A stretch of 64,000 nt of DNA, from positions 7,580-71,579 of the forward strand of contig DASQOZ010000015.1 in assembly GCA_035644195.1 (NCBI GenBank), in the 5' to 3' direction. Position numbers and translations under genes: made by a program. The number at the start of each line of letters is the position of its first letter. Position 1 is the first letter of the stretch. Source of the DNA: Candidatus Methylomirabilota bacterium. GTDB lineage: Bacteria > Verrucomicrobiota > Verrucomicrobiia > Limisphaerales > UBA11358. The notes beneath the pieces were generated by a model, which saw only the letters and a program-made list of their open reading frames with translations, did not search any database and was not told where the DNA came from. Of the stretch, positions 44,417 to 53,480 are shown in pieces.

Positions 44417-45586
44417 TCAGTCCGAAATAAAATTCTGGCCCTGGCCGCGTGAAGCAGATGGCGGCGGCAACGGTTGCCCGCCATTTTCCTCCGTGCAAAT
44501 TGCCTGAATCTCCGCAGCGGAAAGTGCGCGGTTGTAAATGCCAAACTCGTCCATGCCGCCAGAAAACAAAGTGTTAGGATTTGATACTGAGCCATAAGTC
44601 GTCCGGCCACCCAGTAACAAGTTGCCGAAACTCGTTTGCGGCGTAAAGCTGCCGAGGTTCGCCTGCGAGACGGTAGTGCCGTTTATGTAAAGGACTGCAA
44701 TTCCAGAAGCCTTGTCGTAAGTCAGTGCGATGTGCTGCCAGACACCGGGAACCAACGAGTTGGCAGGCGAGGCAATCTCATGGCCTGCCTGAACATCTGC
44801 AATGTTTGCATAAAGCACTGACGATGGTTGTATAACAAAGTCAATGCCGACATCCGCACCATCGGCAGTTCCAAGCTCTCTTTCATATTCAGCAATCAAC
44901 TGTTGCTTCGTCACGGTCGCCGGCTTAATCCAAGATTCGACGGTAAATCCGTCCCCCTTGCCCACATCCAAAGCCGGGCTGGCTGGAATCAGCACAAAAC
45001 CGCCGCCGCTATAAATTCTTCGACCTTGAAAGCCACCGCCGTCAAAGGTGCCGTTCATGCCATTGAAATTTTCATTCAGGTCAAACGCCTGACCCACCTT
45101 GCCCGGCATGAACCCGACGCCGTTCATAAGCTGCCCGTTGCAACTGCCCATGCTGTCACTGGCATTGCCTTCGCCAGACCACAAGGCAACCAATCCCGCT
45201 TTGGTTCTGCCCGACATTCCCGCCGCCGACACTTGCAAGCGGCGGATTGAATCCGCTGGGATCTTTACTTTTCCAAACGACGTTTCAACGTGGATTTCAG
45301 TCGTGATAAATAAAACCGCCAGTTTGTCGCCATTCACAGCGGTCAGTTTTACCGCATTCGTCTTGGGTTGAAATTCAATCGAGGCAATCTGTCCCAGCGG
45401 CAGCTTCAATTCGCCTAGAATTTCGGAGCGGAATTCAAATTTCTCATCGCCGCTTTTCCCGACGACACGCGAGCCGTCCTGCAATTCCATCGTCACCCGG
45501 AAACGATTCGTGGAAGCGGCATATGTTTGGACGAAACCCAGCATGAAGACGCACGTTGTGCAAAAAAATCGTAAACCTGCTTTCAT
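44417..45586 (-). CDS. secreted LamG-domain protein (paralog B)
   Basis: It shares 'DGSRV.G.SG', 'TSFGKV', 'GLVALWSGE' and 'IYNRALS..EIQAIC.E.N.G.PLPPP' with paralog A. Confidence 0.75.
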   Translation of the reverse strand: MKAGLRFFCTTCVFMLGFVQTYAASTNRFRVTMELQDGSRVVGKSGDEKFEFRSEILGELKLPLGQIASIEFQPKTNAVKLTAVNGDKLAVLFITTEIHVETSFGKVKIPADSIRRLQVSAAGMSGRTKAGLVALWSGEGNASDSMGSCNGQLMNGVGFMPGKVGQAFDLNENFNGMNGTFDGGGFQGRRIYSGGGFVLIPASPALDVGKGDGFTVESWIKPATVTKQQLIAEYERELGTADGADVGIDFVIQPSSVLYANIADVQAGHEIASPANSLVPGVWQHIALTYDKASGIAVLYINGTTVSQANLGSFTPQTSFGNLLLGGRTTYGSVSNPNTLFSGGMDEFGIYNRALSAAEIQAICTEENGGQPLPPPSASRGQGQNFISD

Positions 45587-45621
45587 AGATTCTATGAGAA
45601 TGCGTAAAGATTTTTAATCGG

Positions 45622-47040
45622 TCAAGTGGGAAGCCACGCCGACAATTCCGCCAGCATCGTTTCCAGATTATCATGTTCACCGGCAGACAGAAAAGACGCC
45701 GTCTGGTCGGTGTTCAAACGCGGGAAGCGCGCCGCATAAACCCGCGCCTTGGGATATGCCGCCGCGAGCCAGCGACAGCACGCCTCGGACGCGGCCTTGG
45801 CCGCCGCATATTCAAGATTCCGCAGCGGCGGTGATTCCACATAAACCGTGGAAGCGTTGAACACGGAGAATTGTCCCGCATTTTGTTTTGCGAGCCATTG
45901 CGCTACGTTGACGAAACCGGCGACATAAACATTGCAAAATTTTTCAAACAGTTCCGTGTTGAACGTGCTGCCGTCGCCGCCAACAATCGGCGGCGTCGGA
46001 AAATAGCAAAGGTGGTTGAACTGCGCGCAATTTGCCGCCAGATTTTTCTCCCAATCCGCACAGGCGGTATCGAGTTGAAAGGCGGTCGCTTTGCCATCTC
46101 GCGCTGTGATGTCCGTAACGACGCGGTTTGCATCGTCGCCGCCCAGCCGATAACTCAACGCCACTTCCGCGTCGCCGGCGGCAAGCACCTTGGCCGCAAT
46201 TTCACCCAAACCGCGCGAGCCACCGATGACAATCACTCGTCGGTCACGAAAACGATCCTCCGGAACACGCTGCATGACGGCGGCCATGTCCGGTTGCGCG
46301 ACCGGCGCGGGCCGCACCAAAGCCCACAACATTCCGTGGCCAGCCGTGCCAGCGATGGCAACACCAAGCCGCTGGGAAGATTTCCGGTATTCCGCAACGC
46401 GGTAAGTGAACGGCTGGGTGATTGCAGGATGCGGCGTGAAAGCAATGTCGAGCGAGAGAAAAACAGAATGTTCGCCGGGAACTTTCATCCCAATCACTTG
46501 CGTTGAAGCAAGCAACGCGGCCAGCGAATCCGGCGATTGCGCTGCGGCCAGCGCGGGAAACAGTTTTACCCCAAGCTTGTCCGGCCAGAACAAATCAAGC
46601 GCTTCACCGGTCGTAGTGGTTTCAATCCGCGCCTCCGCAGGAATCGCGCGTGGCGGAATCTCATTGCGCGCACTGGTAATTTTTTTGCCGAAGTTCGACT
46701 CCGCACAAGTGACATCGCACTGAAGCAACACGCGACCGGCTTCGCTGACCGTGACGGAAATTTCGCTGGCGCTTTTTTCTTTCGCCGTCGCGGTGACTTT
46801 CAGACCGGCCTTAACGGGGCGCAAAAACTTGGCGGAAATTTTCGCCCAATGTTTTGTTGAACCGCTTTGCGCCTGCAAGCTGTCGAGCGCCCACATCAGC
46901 ACAAAGACGCCGTGCGCCACACATTCGCCAAATTGAGTGCGCCGCGCCGCGACCGGATCGGTGTGCAGCGGGTTGAAGTCACCAGAGAGTTCCGCGAACG
47001 CGGTCAGGTCGGCGATTATAAATGTGCGTTCAGCTTGCAA
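45622..47040 (-). CDS. MaoC-like (R)-hydratase/dehydratase fused to short-chain dehydrogenase/reductase
   Basis: It has the N-terminal hot-dog 'SGDFNPLHTD'. The C-terminal SDR has 'VIVIGGSRGLGEIAA' and 'YAAAKAA'. A TTG start is proposed. Confidence 0.75.
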   Translation of the reverse strand: MQAERTFIIADLTAFAELSGDFNPLHTDPVAARRTQFGECVAHGVFVLMWALDSLQAQSGSTKHWAKISAKFLRPVKAGLKVTATAKEKSASEISVTVSEAGRVLLQCDVTCAESNFGKKITSARNEIPPRAIPAEARIETTTTGEALDLFWPDKLGVKLFPALAAAQSPDSLAALLASTQVIGMKVPGEHSVFLSLDIAFTPHPAITQPFTYRVAEYRKSSQRLGVAIAGTAGHGMLWALVRPAPVAQPDMAAVMQRVPEDRFRDRRVIVIGGSRGLGEIAAKVLAAGDAEVALSYRLGGDDANRVVTDITARDGKATAFQLDTACADWEKNLAANCAQFNHLCYFPTPPIVGGDGSTFNTELFEKFCNVYVAGFVNVAQWLAKQNAGQFSVFNASTVYVESPPLRNLEYAAAKAASEACCRWLAAAYPKARVYAARFPRLNTDQTASFLSAGEHDNLETMLAELSAWLPT

Positions 47041-47049
47041 TGAAAAATC

Positions 47050-47289
47050 CTAGCTAGCGTTGATTGTCAGTTCCAGCCCATGCGAGCGAGCAACTTCCAC
47101 CACCTTGGCGACCGATTTCAAACTCAACACCTCGGCTGTGGACAATTCCACGCCCACGGCGTCCTCGATGGCGGCGACGATATTAATTTGCGCGAGAGAA
47201 TCCCACGCGGGAATCGTCTCGCGGGAATCAGTCGGCCGCAACGGCACGGTGGTGTTCAGCATCGGTTGGAGCAGTTCGTCAACGGTCAT
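47050..47289 (-). CDS. acyl carrier protein
   Basis: It is ~79 aa with 'WDSLAQINIVAAIEDAVGVELS' (DSL Ser). It starts 5 nt after the FkbH stop. Confidence 0.75.
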   Translation of the reverse strand: MTVDELLQPMLNTTVPLRPTDSRETIPAWDSLAQINIVAAIEDAVGVELSTAEVLSLKSVAKVVEVARSHGLELTINAS

Positions 47290-47293
47290 ATTT

Positions 47294-49141
47294 TTAAGTT
47301 TCAGACTTGAGAGGTTGAATGGCAATCCACTTTGGCGTCAACCCGACGGGCGCGGGCAAAACAAGATGCCATTTTGAGAAATCAACCGTCCGTCCGTCAG
47401 CGGTAAAACCGCATGTCTCAAGGAAATTTTCAGTCTGTGAATTTTTTGCACTTCGGATAAATTCACTGCGAATCACTTTCGCGCCGCTTTTGCCGGCCTG
47501 ATCGCAGATGGTTCCCAGAAATGCCTTCTCCACGCCACGGCCAAGAACGCGGCAGCTCATCAGGAAAGTGTCAATGAACCAATCGCCATCCTTTATCTCA
47601 ACCAGCGCCGCGCCAATGACGCCTTCATCAGCAAAACGGTCGCGGCAGGCGCACCAGAAAACTCGCCACGACGGATTTTGCATCCGTTCCTGAATTTCAG
47701 ATTCCGTGTAACGCCGCGTCGTAAGATTAAATTGGTTCGTTTTTTGCGTTAGCTGCGCCACGCGCGCGATCTGTGTGCTGGAATTGCAACCAACTTCAAC
47801 CTGCATCTCCAGGCTCGCGAGATATTCTTCCAGATTCGATGATTGCGTTGCGAGCCGTGAACGTTCCTCGGCGGCGGCGTAGGATTTCGCCCGCAATGCA
47901 TCTTCGCGCGTGATTGCCAGCGTGTCGAATCGCCGACATGTGGCCAGCCAGCGCAGCATCTCCAGCGGATCGCCCGCCGGGCAAACATCAACTTCCGGCA
48001 AAGCCTCTTCAATCCAATCCCGCTCGACATGGTTGTCATCCAGAATTACAAAAGCATCAAGCCCAAGATTCAATTCTTTCGCGAGTTCGCGGATGTTAAA
48101 AGCCTTATCCTGCCAGTTGATCCGGTGCATGCTAAAATCGGTGCGCTTCAAAATCATTTCAGGCCGCTGATTGAAGACTTCCCACGCATCCGGCTCGTTG
48201 TTCTTGCTGACAATGGCAAGCGTTACGCCGCGCTTGTGCAATGCGCAGATCTCTTTTTGCAATTCCGTGTAAATATTTCCGGGAAAACCGCCGCCAATCT
48301 GCAGACCCGCAACGCCGTCCTCGCCAACGACTCCGCCCCAGAGCGTATTGTCCAAATCAAGCACGAGACACTTGCGCGCAAAGCCTTTTCGCGCGGCGCA
48401 AAACGCGGCGATTTCGGCGGCGAGCAGGTTTGCGAGGTCGTCGGTGAATGGGCGGCTTGCCATGAATTGTTGCTTGTGCAAACCCGGCCAGATCGTTCCC
48501 GACTGCCCGGCCAGCAATTCTGCATCCAGTGTGAACGCCTCGCCGGTTTCACGGCAACGTTGTGACAATTGCAGATTCACAGCCCGCGCAAAATCCGGGT
48601 GGCCAAGATTCCGACGCGATTCCAAAATTCCGTGCGGACGATTTTCAACCGGCACCACATTTTGCAAAAGAATGAGGCCGTCAAAATTTTTCCGCAACGC
48701 CGTGACTTGAGACCAAGCCTCCTCGACAATGTGTGTTGCCGAGTCAGGATTCGTTCCGGTGATCCTCTGCCAAATTCCCGTGAGCGGCGCGAGAACAACG
48801 ACTTCCGGTTTGTGCTGGAACAATCCGCTGGCCGGATTCCGCGTTTCGAGTGCCAGTTGTGCAAACGGAGAATGATATTGGACGCCAAACATCCCGCGCT
48901 CCAGCAACCGCAACACCAGAGGGTCGGCAAGATTATCCAGTGACGTGTCGCTCGCCACCGCCACGCGAACCGAACGGGCGGCAAAATCGGCGCGACTGCG
49001 AATTTGCTCTCCCGACAGAAATCGCGCAAGCGCAAGGCTCTCTGGACGGTTCATCCCGCCTCGCAAGGCCTTCTGTGCGATTCGTAGGCTGCGCCAGCCG
49101 GCGTCTGCTTCAAGTTGTGCGATGATGTCTTTGGCGGTCAT
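47294..49141 (-). CDS. FkbH-like HAD-IIIC phosphatase/acyl-ACP-loading enzyme with C-terminal GNAT-like domain
   Basis: It has the HAD motif 'CLVLDLDNTLWGGVVGEDG' and a C-terminal acetyltransferase-like region. Confidence 0.8.
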   Translation of the reverse strand: MTAKDIIAQLEADAGWRSLRIAQKALRGGMNRPESLALARFLSGEQIRSRADFAARSVRVAVASDTSLDNLADPLVLRLLERGMFGVQYHSPFAQLALETRNPASGLFQHKPEVVVLAPLTGIWQRITGTNPDSATHIVEEAWSQVTALRKNFDGLILLQNVVPVENRPHGILESRRNLGHPDFARAVNLQLSQRCRETGEAFTLDAELLAGQSGTIWPGLHKQQFMASRPFTDDLANLLAAEIAAFCAARKGFARKCLVLDLDNTLWGGVVGEDGVAGLQIGGGFPGNIYTELQKEICALHKRGVTLAIVSKNNEPDAWEVFNQRPEMILKRTDFSMHRINWQDKAFNIRELAKELNLGLDAFVILDDNHVERDWIEEALPEVDVCPAGDPLEMLRWLATCRRFDTLAITREDALRAKSYAAAEERSRLATQSSNLEEYLASLEMQVEVGCNSSTQIARVAQLTQKTNQFNLTTRRYTESEIQERMQNPSWRVFWCACRDRFADEGVIGAALVEIKDGDWFIDTFLMSCRVLGRGVEKAFLGTICDQAGKSGAKVIRSEFIRSAKNSQTENFLETCGFTADGRTVDFSKWHLVLPAPVGLTPKWIAIQPLKSET

Positions 49142-49719
49142 TTGGCGACAGGTGCTACCATCATCACGATTTTTGCGGGAGATCCGTTGATGATGCAGTT
49201 ATCCTCAAACGAACGCATCACGACGGAGTTGGCATTGATGACGCAATTTTTGCCGATCTTCACACCACGCATGATGACGACGCCGGTGCCGACAAAAGTG
49301 TTGTCGCCGATTTCAACCGGCTCGCCTTTCGTAATTTCACTTGTGACGGGATTGATGCCCAGACCGGTAACATGATCGTGATCCAAAATGGAAATGCGGT
49401 ATGACATCAGGCAATTTTTCCCGATGCAGATGGATTCGTTGCAGGAGATAGTAAAGTTGTCGCCAATCGCCGTGCCCGCGCCAATGTGGATGCGGGCGGC
49501 GCGATTCTGCAGAGGGATGTAAAACCAGCCATTTTTTCCGAGGCTCACAATTTCACCAATCTCGATGTTTCGCAGATTTCCTAGCGGCCAGTTGATGCCG
49601 CGACCGACCCGAACACCGCCTCCCGTCCGCAGGCCGAGGCAACGCGGCAGCAGCAAACGGAAAAAACTGACCAGTGACGTCCAAGTTTTTTGCGCGGTGC
49701 GAAGAAAGTTAATCAACAT
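49138..49719 (-). CDS. hexapeptide-repeat (LbH) acyl/acetyltransferase
   Basis: It has left-handed beta-helix repeats 'IGDNTFVGTGVVIMRGVKIGKNCVINANSVV'. Its stop overlaps the FkbH ATG (ATGA). Confidence 0.8.
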   Translation of the reverse strand: MLINFLRTAQKTWTSLVSFFRLLLPRCLGLRTGGGVRVGRGINWPLGNLRNIEIGEIVSLGKNGWFYIPLQNRAARIHIGAGTAIGDNFTISCNESICIGKNCLMSYRISILDHDHVTGLGINPVTSEITKGEPVEIGDNTFVGTGVVIMRGVKIGKNCVINANSVVMRSFEDNCIINGSPAKIVMMVAPVAK

Positions 49720-49720
49720 A

Positions 49721-50920
49721 TTATCTTTTGGGTTGAGTAAAAAACTTTGGCGCTTCCGGCGCGATGCTGCGCCCGATGGCGTCCCACATCTGTTTTGCGC
49801 GCACATTCCAGTCCCATTCCAGACCGGCGGCGAGCGCTTCCCTGCTCGTTTCGACGTAAAGTTTTTCGTCGGTGAGCAGGCGATAAATGCAATCGGCCAG
49901 CCCTTGAAAATCTCCGGGCGGTGCCTTGAGCCAGCCGCGCGGATAGTAAACCCGCAGCGGCGGCAGGTCAAACGACACGCCCGGCAAACCGCAGGCCAGC
50001 GCCTCCGCCGACGCCATGCCGCCCACTTCAAACACCGCCGGATAAACCACGACGCGCGCGGACTTGATGATTTTGTATTTCTCCACGCCGTCGCGAAAGC
50101 CGAAAAATTCCACGTTCCTCGCGATGCCGAGTTTTTGCGCCTTTGCCTTGCACTGCGCGTCGAGCGGGCCGGAACCAATCATCGCCAGCCGCGCGTCCGG
50201 TTTTTTCTGCATCAAAATTTTCCACACGTCCATCAATTCCATCGGCCCTTTTTGCGGATGCAGGCGGCTGATGAAAACCGCGTCAAAAGTTTTTTTCTCC
50301 GGCTCCGGCACGCTTTGCGGAATCGTCAAATCCACGCCGCCCATCACGGCATAAACCGATTCCGGCGAACGTCCATCCGCGATCATCGCGTCGCGATCCT
50401 GCGGCACGGTAGTCAAAATCATTTCCGCCTCGCGCAAAGTTCGCTGGTAAATGCGCTGCTGAAACGGACGATAAGCTGTGAACATCAAGCCCGGCCCCGG
50501 CTGGCCGGAAAACCATTTTGGTGCGAAGAAATAAAGTCCCACGACGAGCGGTGCATTCGGATAACGCTTCTTCAAACGCATGGCCGGGATGCAGTTCGGA
50601 TGAAATTCCGATGTGGCCATGATGAGATGCTTTTCATCCTGCGAAAATTTTATTTCATCCGCGCCGCGATTGCCCTTGAGCATCTGCATGAACCACCAGA
50701 ACAGTCGTCCATATTTTTTCAAATGGTCGGCAGGCCAGGTGACATGCTCGATGCCTTTCAGTTCAAACCAATCACAAAGCTGCTTTGCGCCTTCGTTGCC
50801 ATAGACGGTGATTTTGTGATCTCGGCTCCAACGGCGGATGCACTCCACCATGATGCGGTCACCGCCGCTCAATGAAATCGGCGGCGGCACGATGGTGTTG
50901 GCGATCCAGTGGATGTGCAT
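49721..50920 (-). CDS. GT-B (family 4/1) glycosyltransferase
   Basis: It has a C-terminal 'EVGGMASAEALACGLPGVSFD' EX7E-type motif. Confidence 0.85.
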   Translation of the reverse strand: MHIHWIANTIVPPPISLSGGDRIMVECIRRWSRDHKITVYGNEGAKQLCDWFELKGIEHVTWPADHLKKYGRLFWWFMQMLKGNRGADEIKFSQDEKHLIMATSEFHPNCIPAMRLKKRYPNAPLVVGLYFFAPKWFSGQPGPGLMFTAYRPFQQRIYQRTLREAEMILTTVPQDRDAMIADGRSPESVYAVMGGVDLTIPQSVPEPEKKTFDAVFISRLHPQKGPMELMDVWKILMQKKPDARLAMIGSGPLDAQCKAKAQKLGIARNVEFFGFRDGVEKYKIIKSARVVVYPAVFEVGGMASAEALACGLPGVSFDLPPLRVYYPRGWLKAPPGDFQGLADCIYRLLTDEKLYVETSREALAAGLEWDWNVRAKQMWDAIGRSIAPEAPKFFTQPKR

Positions 50921-51011
50921 GATTCTTTTCGAGAAAACTTTATGCAGTGCCGCGCGGCAAGTCGAATCTGAAAGCGCAAAGGCAATTTTGGTTTGCCAAA
51001 ATAAATTCGCT

Positions 51012-51046
51012 TTACCTTGATTTTGACGCCAATAAAATCAAGGTAA
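51012..51046. promoter_or_regulatory. 13-bp perfect palindrome TTACCTTGATTTT-N9-AAAATCAAGGTAA
   Basis: It lies in the divergent intergenic region, 23 nt upstream of the start of 51070..52035. It could be an operator or a hairpin. Confidence 0.5.
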
Positions 51047-51069
51047 GGCCAGATGGATAATTACAAATA

Positions 51070-52035
51070 GTGACGACTTTGCTTTCATATTTTTGGAACT
51101 CCGAAATTCATCTTCAATGGTTCGTGTATTGTGTTGATTTTGGAGGAGCGATTATTGACATCATTCTTTGCATCCTAACGCTTGCGATGCTCCGAAAAGA
51201 GTTAGCAGAGCATGGGAAAAAGTGGGTTGAATGGATGATTGAATCAGGGGCGTTGATTGTCGCTGTATTAGTATTAGTCACAGTCATTGGGTTGGAAAGA
51301 CTTGGGACATTACAGGAACAACGAATAAGCAATGAAATCGCCGAAACAAAAACAATTGCCACAAAAGCAGTAAAACCGAAGCCGATTGATGAACGATTAA
51401 GAGTGTTTTTGGACGGTTTTGATCCAAGTATTTTACCGCGAGTAAATAACGGTGAAACGCATCTTGAAATTTCCATGGTGGCCGCCAAATTTTCCGCCTT
51501 TGAAATACTATGCGACGAAGCTGGGGCATCTAAATACATCGAAATCCACGACGTTCGCACAGCCCTCGGTTCTAAAAGGTTTTCATGGTTTGAATTGGAA
51601 ATAAATCCAGAACTCATAAAAAATGATATCCCACTAAATGAACGTAGAACCATTTCCAAAGAACAGCATGATAAATTCATAAAATGTTTAGGGGGCATTT
51701 TTGTGGGAAAGGTGATTGTTGTTTCTACGTCTATGGATTTTGAGACAAGAAATTACGCTGAACAAATCAGAAAAATGCTCTATGACGCGGGTTTCACAGA
51801 TGAAAAAATGAATAAGATTTTTGTTCCAACAGGGGCATATTCCAAAACATCCGAAAACACCACCGTTACTCTTGGACTTGTAGACCTCACCGCGTCCCCG
51901 CGATTTACAGGAGCTATTCAACATTGCCTAGATGAGATCGGCATATCAGCTCCAGTATATAAAATAGTTGATTCGCCGCAGCCAACTTGGCTCACATCAG
52001 ATTATTTGTTGGTTTTTATTAGCAAACGACACTAA
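51070..52035 (+). CDS. hypothetical membrane protein (orphan in an AT-rich-looking block inside the glycan cluster)
   Basis: It has two N-terminal TM helices, then a ~250-aa soluble region with no family recognised. It uses a GTG start. Confidence 0.5.
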   Translation: MTTLLSYFWNSEIHLQWFVYCVDFGGAIIDIILCILTLAMLRKELAEHGKKWVEWMIESGALIVAVLVLVTVIGLERLGTLQEQRISNEIAETKTIATKAVKPKPIDERLRVFLDGFDPSILPRVNNGETHLEISMVAAKFSAFEILCDEAGASKYIEIHDVRTALGSKRFSWFELEINPELIKNDIPLNERRTISKEQHDKFIKCLGGIFVGKVIVVSTSMDFETRNYAEQIRKMLYDAGFTDEKMNKIFVPTGAYSKTSENTTVTLGLVDLTASPRFTGAIQHCLDEIGISAPVYKIVDSPQPTWLTSDYLLVFISKRH

Positions 52036-52040
52036 ATAGA

Positions 52041-52943
52041 ATGGCAAGTGTAGAAAAAATTCAAATTATGACGCCGGTGCGAATTTTAGTCACAGGCGGC
52101 AATGGCCTGTTGGCGCATGCGTTCAAGGAAATCGCGCCCCGCGATTTTGAATTTTATTTTCTTGGCCACGCGGATTTTGACCTGCTCAATCCAAAGCTCA
52201 TGGCGCAACGGCTCGCGGAATTGCAGCCGCAAATCGTCATCAACACCGCCGCCTACAATCTCGTGGATCGTTGCGAAACCGAGCGCGAGCTTTCGTGGTC
52301 GGTCAACGCCACCGCGCCGCAACAACTCGCGGAATTGTGCGCCGGAAAAAACATCCGGCTCATTCATTACGGGACGGATTACGTTTTCGACGGCGCGAAA
52401 AAATCGCCTTACTTGGAAACAGACTCGGCGAATCCGCTGAACCATTACGCCGCCGGAAAATTCGCGGGCGAGCAGGCGGTGCTGCGCGCCTCGCCCAATA
52501 ATCTTGTTCTCCGCACAAGCTGGGTTTTCGACTGGCATCCGGTGCAGTCGAAAACTTTTGTCCACACGGTTTTGAAAGCCGCGCGCGAAGGCCGCGCGTT
52601 GAAAGCGACGACGGATCAAATTTCCGTCCCGACATTTGCCTCCGATTTGGCGCAATGGACTTTGGAACTTGTCCGGCGTGAAGCGAACGGATTGTTTCAC
52701 GCGGCCAATGACGGGGGCGTCAGCCGGTTCGACTGGACGAAAATCATTTTGGAAGAAGCAGTCCGCGCAAAATTGATTTCCACTGCGCCGCCGGTCGAGC
52801 CGGTGTTGTGTTCGTTTTTCAATTCCACCATGCGCCGACCTGATTACACGGTTTTGAGCAATGAAAAAATGGCGAAATTGCTCGGTCATCCAATTGGTTC
52901 GTGGCGTTCCGGCCTGAAAAAAATGCTCGCCCAGATGAAATGA
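52041..52943 (+). CDS. rfbD: dTDP-4-dehydrorhamnose reductase-like (RmlD family)
   Basis: It has 'ILVTGGNGLL', 'INTAAYNLVDRCE' and 'YAAGKFAGE'. Confidence 0.8.
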   Translation: MASVEKIQIMTPVRILVTGGNGLLAHAFKEIAPRDFEFYFLGHADFDLLNPKLMAQRLAELQPQIVINTAAYNLVDRCETERELSWSVNATAPQQLAELCAGKNIRLIHYGTDYVFDGAKKSPYLETDSANPLNHYAAGKFAGEQAVLRASPNNLVLRTSWVFDWHPVQSKTFVHTVLKAAREGRALKATTDQISVPTFASDLAQWTLELVRREANGLFHAANDGGVSRFDWTKIILEEAVRAKLISTAPPVEPVLCSFFNSTMRRPDYTVLSNEKMAKLLGHPIGSWRSGLKKMLAQMK

Positions 52944-52964
52944 ATTCGGGTAACTTTGCCGCCC

Positions 52965-53480
52965 ATGTCCACGGTCTGGCAACCAGTCGAAGTGCGCGGA
53001 ATTTCTGAAATTCCCGGGCTGCCCGGCGTGCGCGTGGAAGCGTTGCCGGTTTTCAAAGACCCGCGCGGCAGCCTGCACGAACTTTTTCGCGCGGACGAAA
53101 TTCCCGCCGGGTTCAAGCCGTTGATGGCGTGTTCCTCGTGGTCGCACGCAGGCGTCACGCGCGGGCCGCACCAGCACGTCGGGCAGGATGATTATTTCAC
53201 GTTTGCCGGGCCGTCGAATTTCACGGTTTATCTTTGGGACGACCGCGATGGTTCTGCGCGCGGAAAAAAAGGCTGGTTCATCCTGACCGGCGAACAGGCG
53301 CCGACGCGCATCCACGTCCCGCGCGGCGTCGTCCACGCATATCGCAACACGGGAAAAATTTCCGGCCTCGTCGTGACCGTTACAAGTTTGCTTTTCAAGG
53401 GCGAAAATCGCCGCTATCCTGTGGACGAAATCCGCCACGAACTCAATCCGAATTCACCCTACAAACTTCCGCAATCATGA
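52965..53480 (+). CDS. RmlC-like cupin sugar 3,5-epimerase
   Basis: 'VFKDPRGSLHELFR' and the downstream His/Asp context resemble dTDP-4-dehydrorhamnose 3,5-epimerase. Confidence 0.7.
   Translation: MSTVWQPVEVRGISEIPGLPGVRVEALPVFKDPRGSLHELFRADEIPAGFKPLMACSSWSHAGVTRGPHQHVGQDDYFTFAGPSNFTVYLWDDRDGSARGKKGWFILTGEQAPTRIHVPRGVVHAYRNTGKISGLVVTVTSLLFKGENRRYPVDEIRHELNPNSPYKLPQS

Noticed and set aside
49720-50178. Upstream extension of the acetyltransferase ORF (track ORF 49138..50178)
   Set aside because: The extension lies antisense-frame inside the GT4 gene and is Arg/Trp/Cys-rich. The hexapeptide protein has a clean ATG at 49719.
53234-53476. Upstream extension of the C-methyltransferase ORF (track ORF 53234..54724)
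   Set aside because: It overlaps the RmlC-like gene in another frame. The conserved Zn-ribbon N-terminus starts at ATG 53477, which overlaps the upstream stop.
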